Positions 62,425-64,000 of a DNA stretch of 64,000 nt are shown here, piece after piece. Position 1 is the stretch's first letter. The number at the start of each line of letters is the position of its first letter. Source of the DNA: Blepharisma stoltei ATCC 30299 (taxonomy: Eukaryota; Protista; Ciliophora); NCBI GenBank assembly GCA_965603825.1, contig CBFDEM010000011.1, forward strand, positions 930,001 through 994,000, read 5' to 3'. Under the pieces are notes generated by a model. That model made no database searches and was not told the origin of the DNA. It saw only the letters and a list, made by a program, of their open reading frames with translations. The position numbers and the translations under genes were made by a program.

Positions 62425-64000
62425 TTAATCTAACTCTTCAAGTCTCTGTGCATTTTCGATTTGTCAGTTATTTTTCATATAGCTATTTTCAGGTTCCCTT
62501 CTCAGATTATCAATGTCTTGTTCTTCTATTGGCGAATTATTTTGTTTTTCATAATTATAATCGATATCTTCAAAAGCGTCTTCTTTATTTCTATCATCGT
62601 TTGTGTCCATGTAATGGTCAGTCAAGTCAAAACTCATTATTCGAGATCTGCCTCCAAGGACTCTAGACTCTATTTCATTTTGAAAAGAAAGATAATTGTT
62701 TGCAAAATAAATCCAGTCCTCGTTTGGAGGGTTTTCGTCTTTTGAAAAATGCTTGAGAAGGATGTTGCCTATTCTTGTTACGTGGCCCATCAATCCGATT
62801 CTGTTTTCTATTCCTGATTGACTAAATTTGATGAGAATTTGTGGCAAATTACTCTTTCGAATTAGCTAAATATGCTTTACAGCGTCTTTGAGCCCTGAAT
62901 GGCCGGATAGCAATATATTCTGTACAAGTTTTTCATATGAATTGTGAAGAAAGCTGTTTCAATGATATTCTGCAAATAATTCCTTAATAGAAATTACTGT
63001 AATTATCGGTATCGCTAAACTTTCAGCAATTTTATCTTTTAATTTTTCATTTGATAGCCTAACAACAGATCCCAGTATCTCAATAATCCTTAATCTTAAT
63101 TCTCCTAAAGGAATAAACTCAATTTTATTTGGAAAAGTAAAAGGCACATTTGATTGCTTTTTCAAAACCTCTGTAAAATGATCAAAATTGTTTATCATGA
63201 ATTCTATCATTGGTATCACGTCATCTTCTGCCATACTTTCTTCATCATTTTCTTTTTCCAGCAAAGCATTTATAAGTGCTTGAATTATTAAACTGACACT
63301 TCTTGATATATGAAATTCTTCATTAAGCAGTTTGCTAAATAAAAATTTCACATTTTTTTCGTTACCTCACAAATATTCAGAAGCCTCAAGTGCACATGAA
63401 ATTCCTTGCTTTTTAGTAACTAAACTGGCTAGCAAGCTACTTGAGTTAATTACAGCTTCTGGGGAATTTGTAGACGAAATATTTTCTAATATTAGGCCGA
63501 TTATTTCGTAGAGTTTTGGCTTAAAAACTGGATTTGTGTGTGTTTCGCAGGTAAGAATTCTTTCTAGAATATCAGAAATACTTTTACTGTACAGATGTCT
63601 TGCTAAGGCTTTTCCATGTCCATTAGTGTCATATAAATAGGATAGTAGAGCATAGCTATTCTTCACCAATAAACTGTGTAAAGTACGTGAAAAATACCCA
63701 GCAAGTATAGGATTATTAGGCAAATCTGCAGATAAAAATTTGAATAGACGGTCTAAAAGTGTTGTGTCAGCAAAAATGGCATTTAAAAGATCAGGACATT
63801 CACTGTTTAAAATTTCATTTGACACAAATGGATATTTGTAGCATTGGTTTTGATTATTTGTGTCAATAGGATCAAGAGTGGTATAATCAATTAGTTCTCC
63901 TAGGTGGCTTGGGACTAAAAATCCTATCAATTTTTGATTCCCTTTTTTTAGCTCTATGATGGCTTCTTCATTGGTGTCAAGAATTTCTTCAAGCTTGAGG
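62425..64000 (-). CDS. SIT4/PP6 phosphatase-associated (SAPS) regulatory subunit, 5'-partial
   Basis: YKYPFVSNEIL, ILAGYFSR, PLGELRLRIIE, YHW(TGA)NSFLHN, RIGLMGHVTRIGN; stop TAA 62425-62427. Confidence 0.9.
62866..62880 (-). other. 15-nt spliceosomal intron
   Basis: gtaaagcatatttag; removes an in-frame TAG. Confidence 0.87.
62983..62997 (-). other. Probable 15-nt intron without a stop (in-frame VISIK)
   Basis: gtaatttctattaag; has GTAA donor and A at -6, and removal restores SAPS spacing before ELFAEYHW. Confidence 0.65.

Overview
AT-rich, gene-dense eukaryotic DNA, almost certainly from the somatic (macronuclear) genome of a heterotrich ciliate of the Blepharisma type. Two sequence-wide properties explain why the ORF track looks shattered. 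First, TGA is read as Trp: it sits at invariant Trp positions, and every complete gene I traced ends in TAA or TAG. Second, genes carry tiny 15-nt GT-AG introns with an A six nt from the 3' end. Re-read this way, the window holds about 35 intact protein genes and one tRNA-Pro(AGG). Notable genes include tandem MPC2-like pyruvate carriers, a CDPK7-like EF-hand/PH kinase, three tandem ~1,900-2,000 aa four-domain voltage-gated channels with EEEE filters, DRP1-like dynamin, a hybrid-binding-domain plus archaeal/plant-type RNase HI, a beta-alpha-order NAD(P) transhydrogenase, and an RNR large subunit with no C-terminal CxxC. There are also a DIX-like protein, Tom22-like, 14-3-3, SUCLG1, PIG-Q, RPS26, an N-acylated Rab5b/ARA6-like GTPase, NDR kinase and SAPS. 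The most interesting unexplained items are a GC-rich, hairpin-rich non-coding island just upstream of RPS26, an intron whose canonical 15-nt splice creates a stop (the full protein needs an 18-nt splice), the CxxC-less RNR, and several channel peculiarities. No CRISPR array, transposon or rRNA was seen. All calls were made by eye without database searches.
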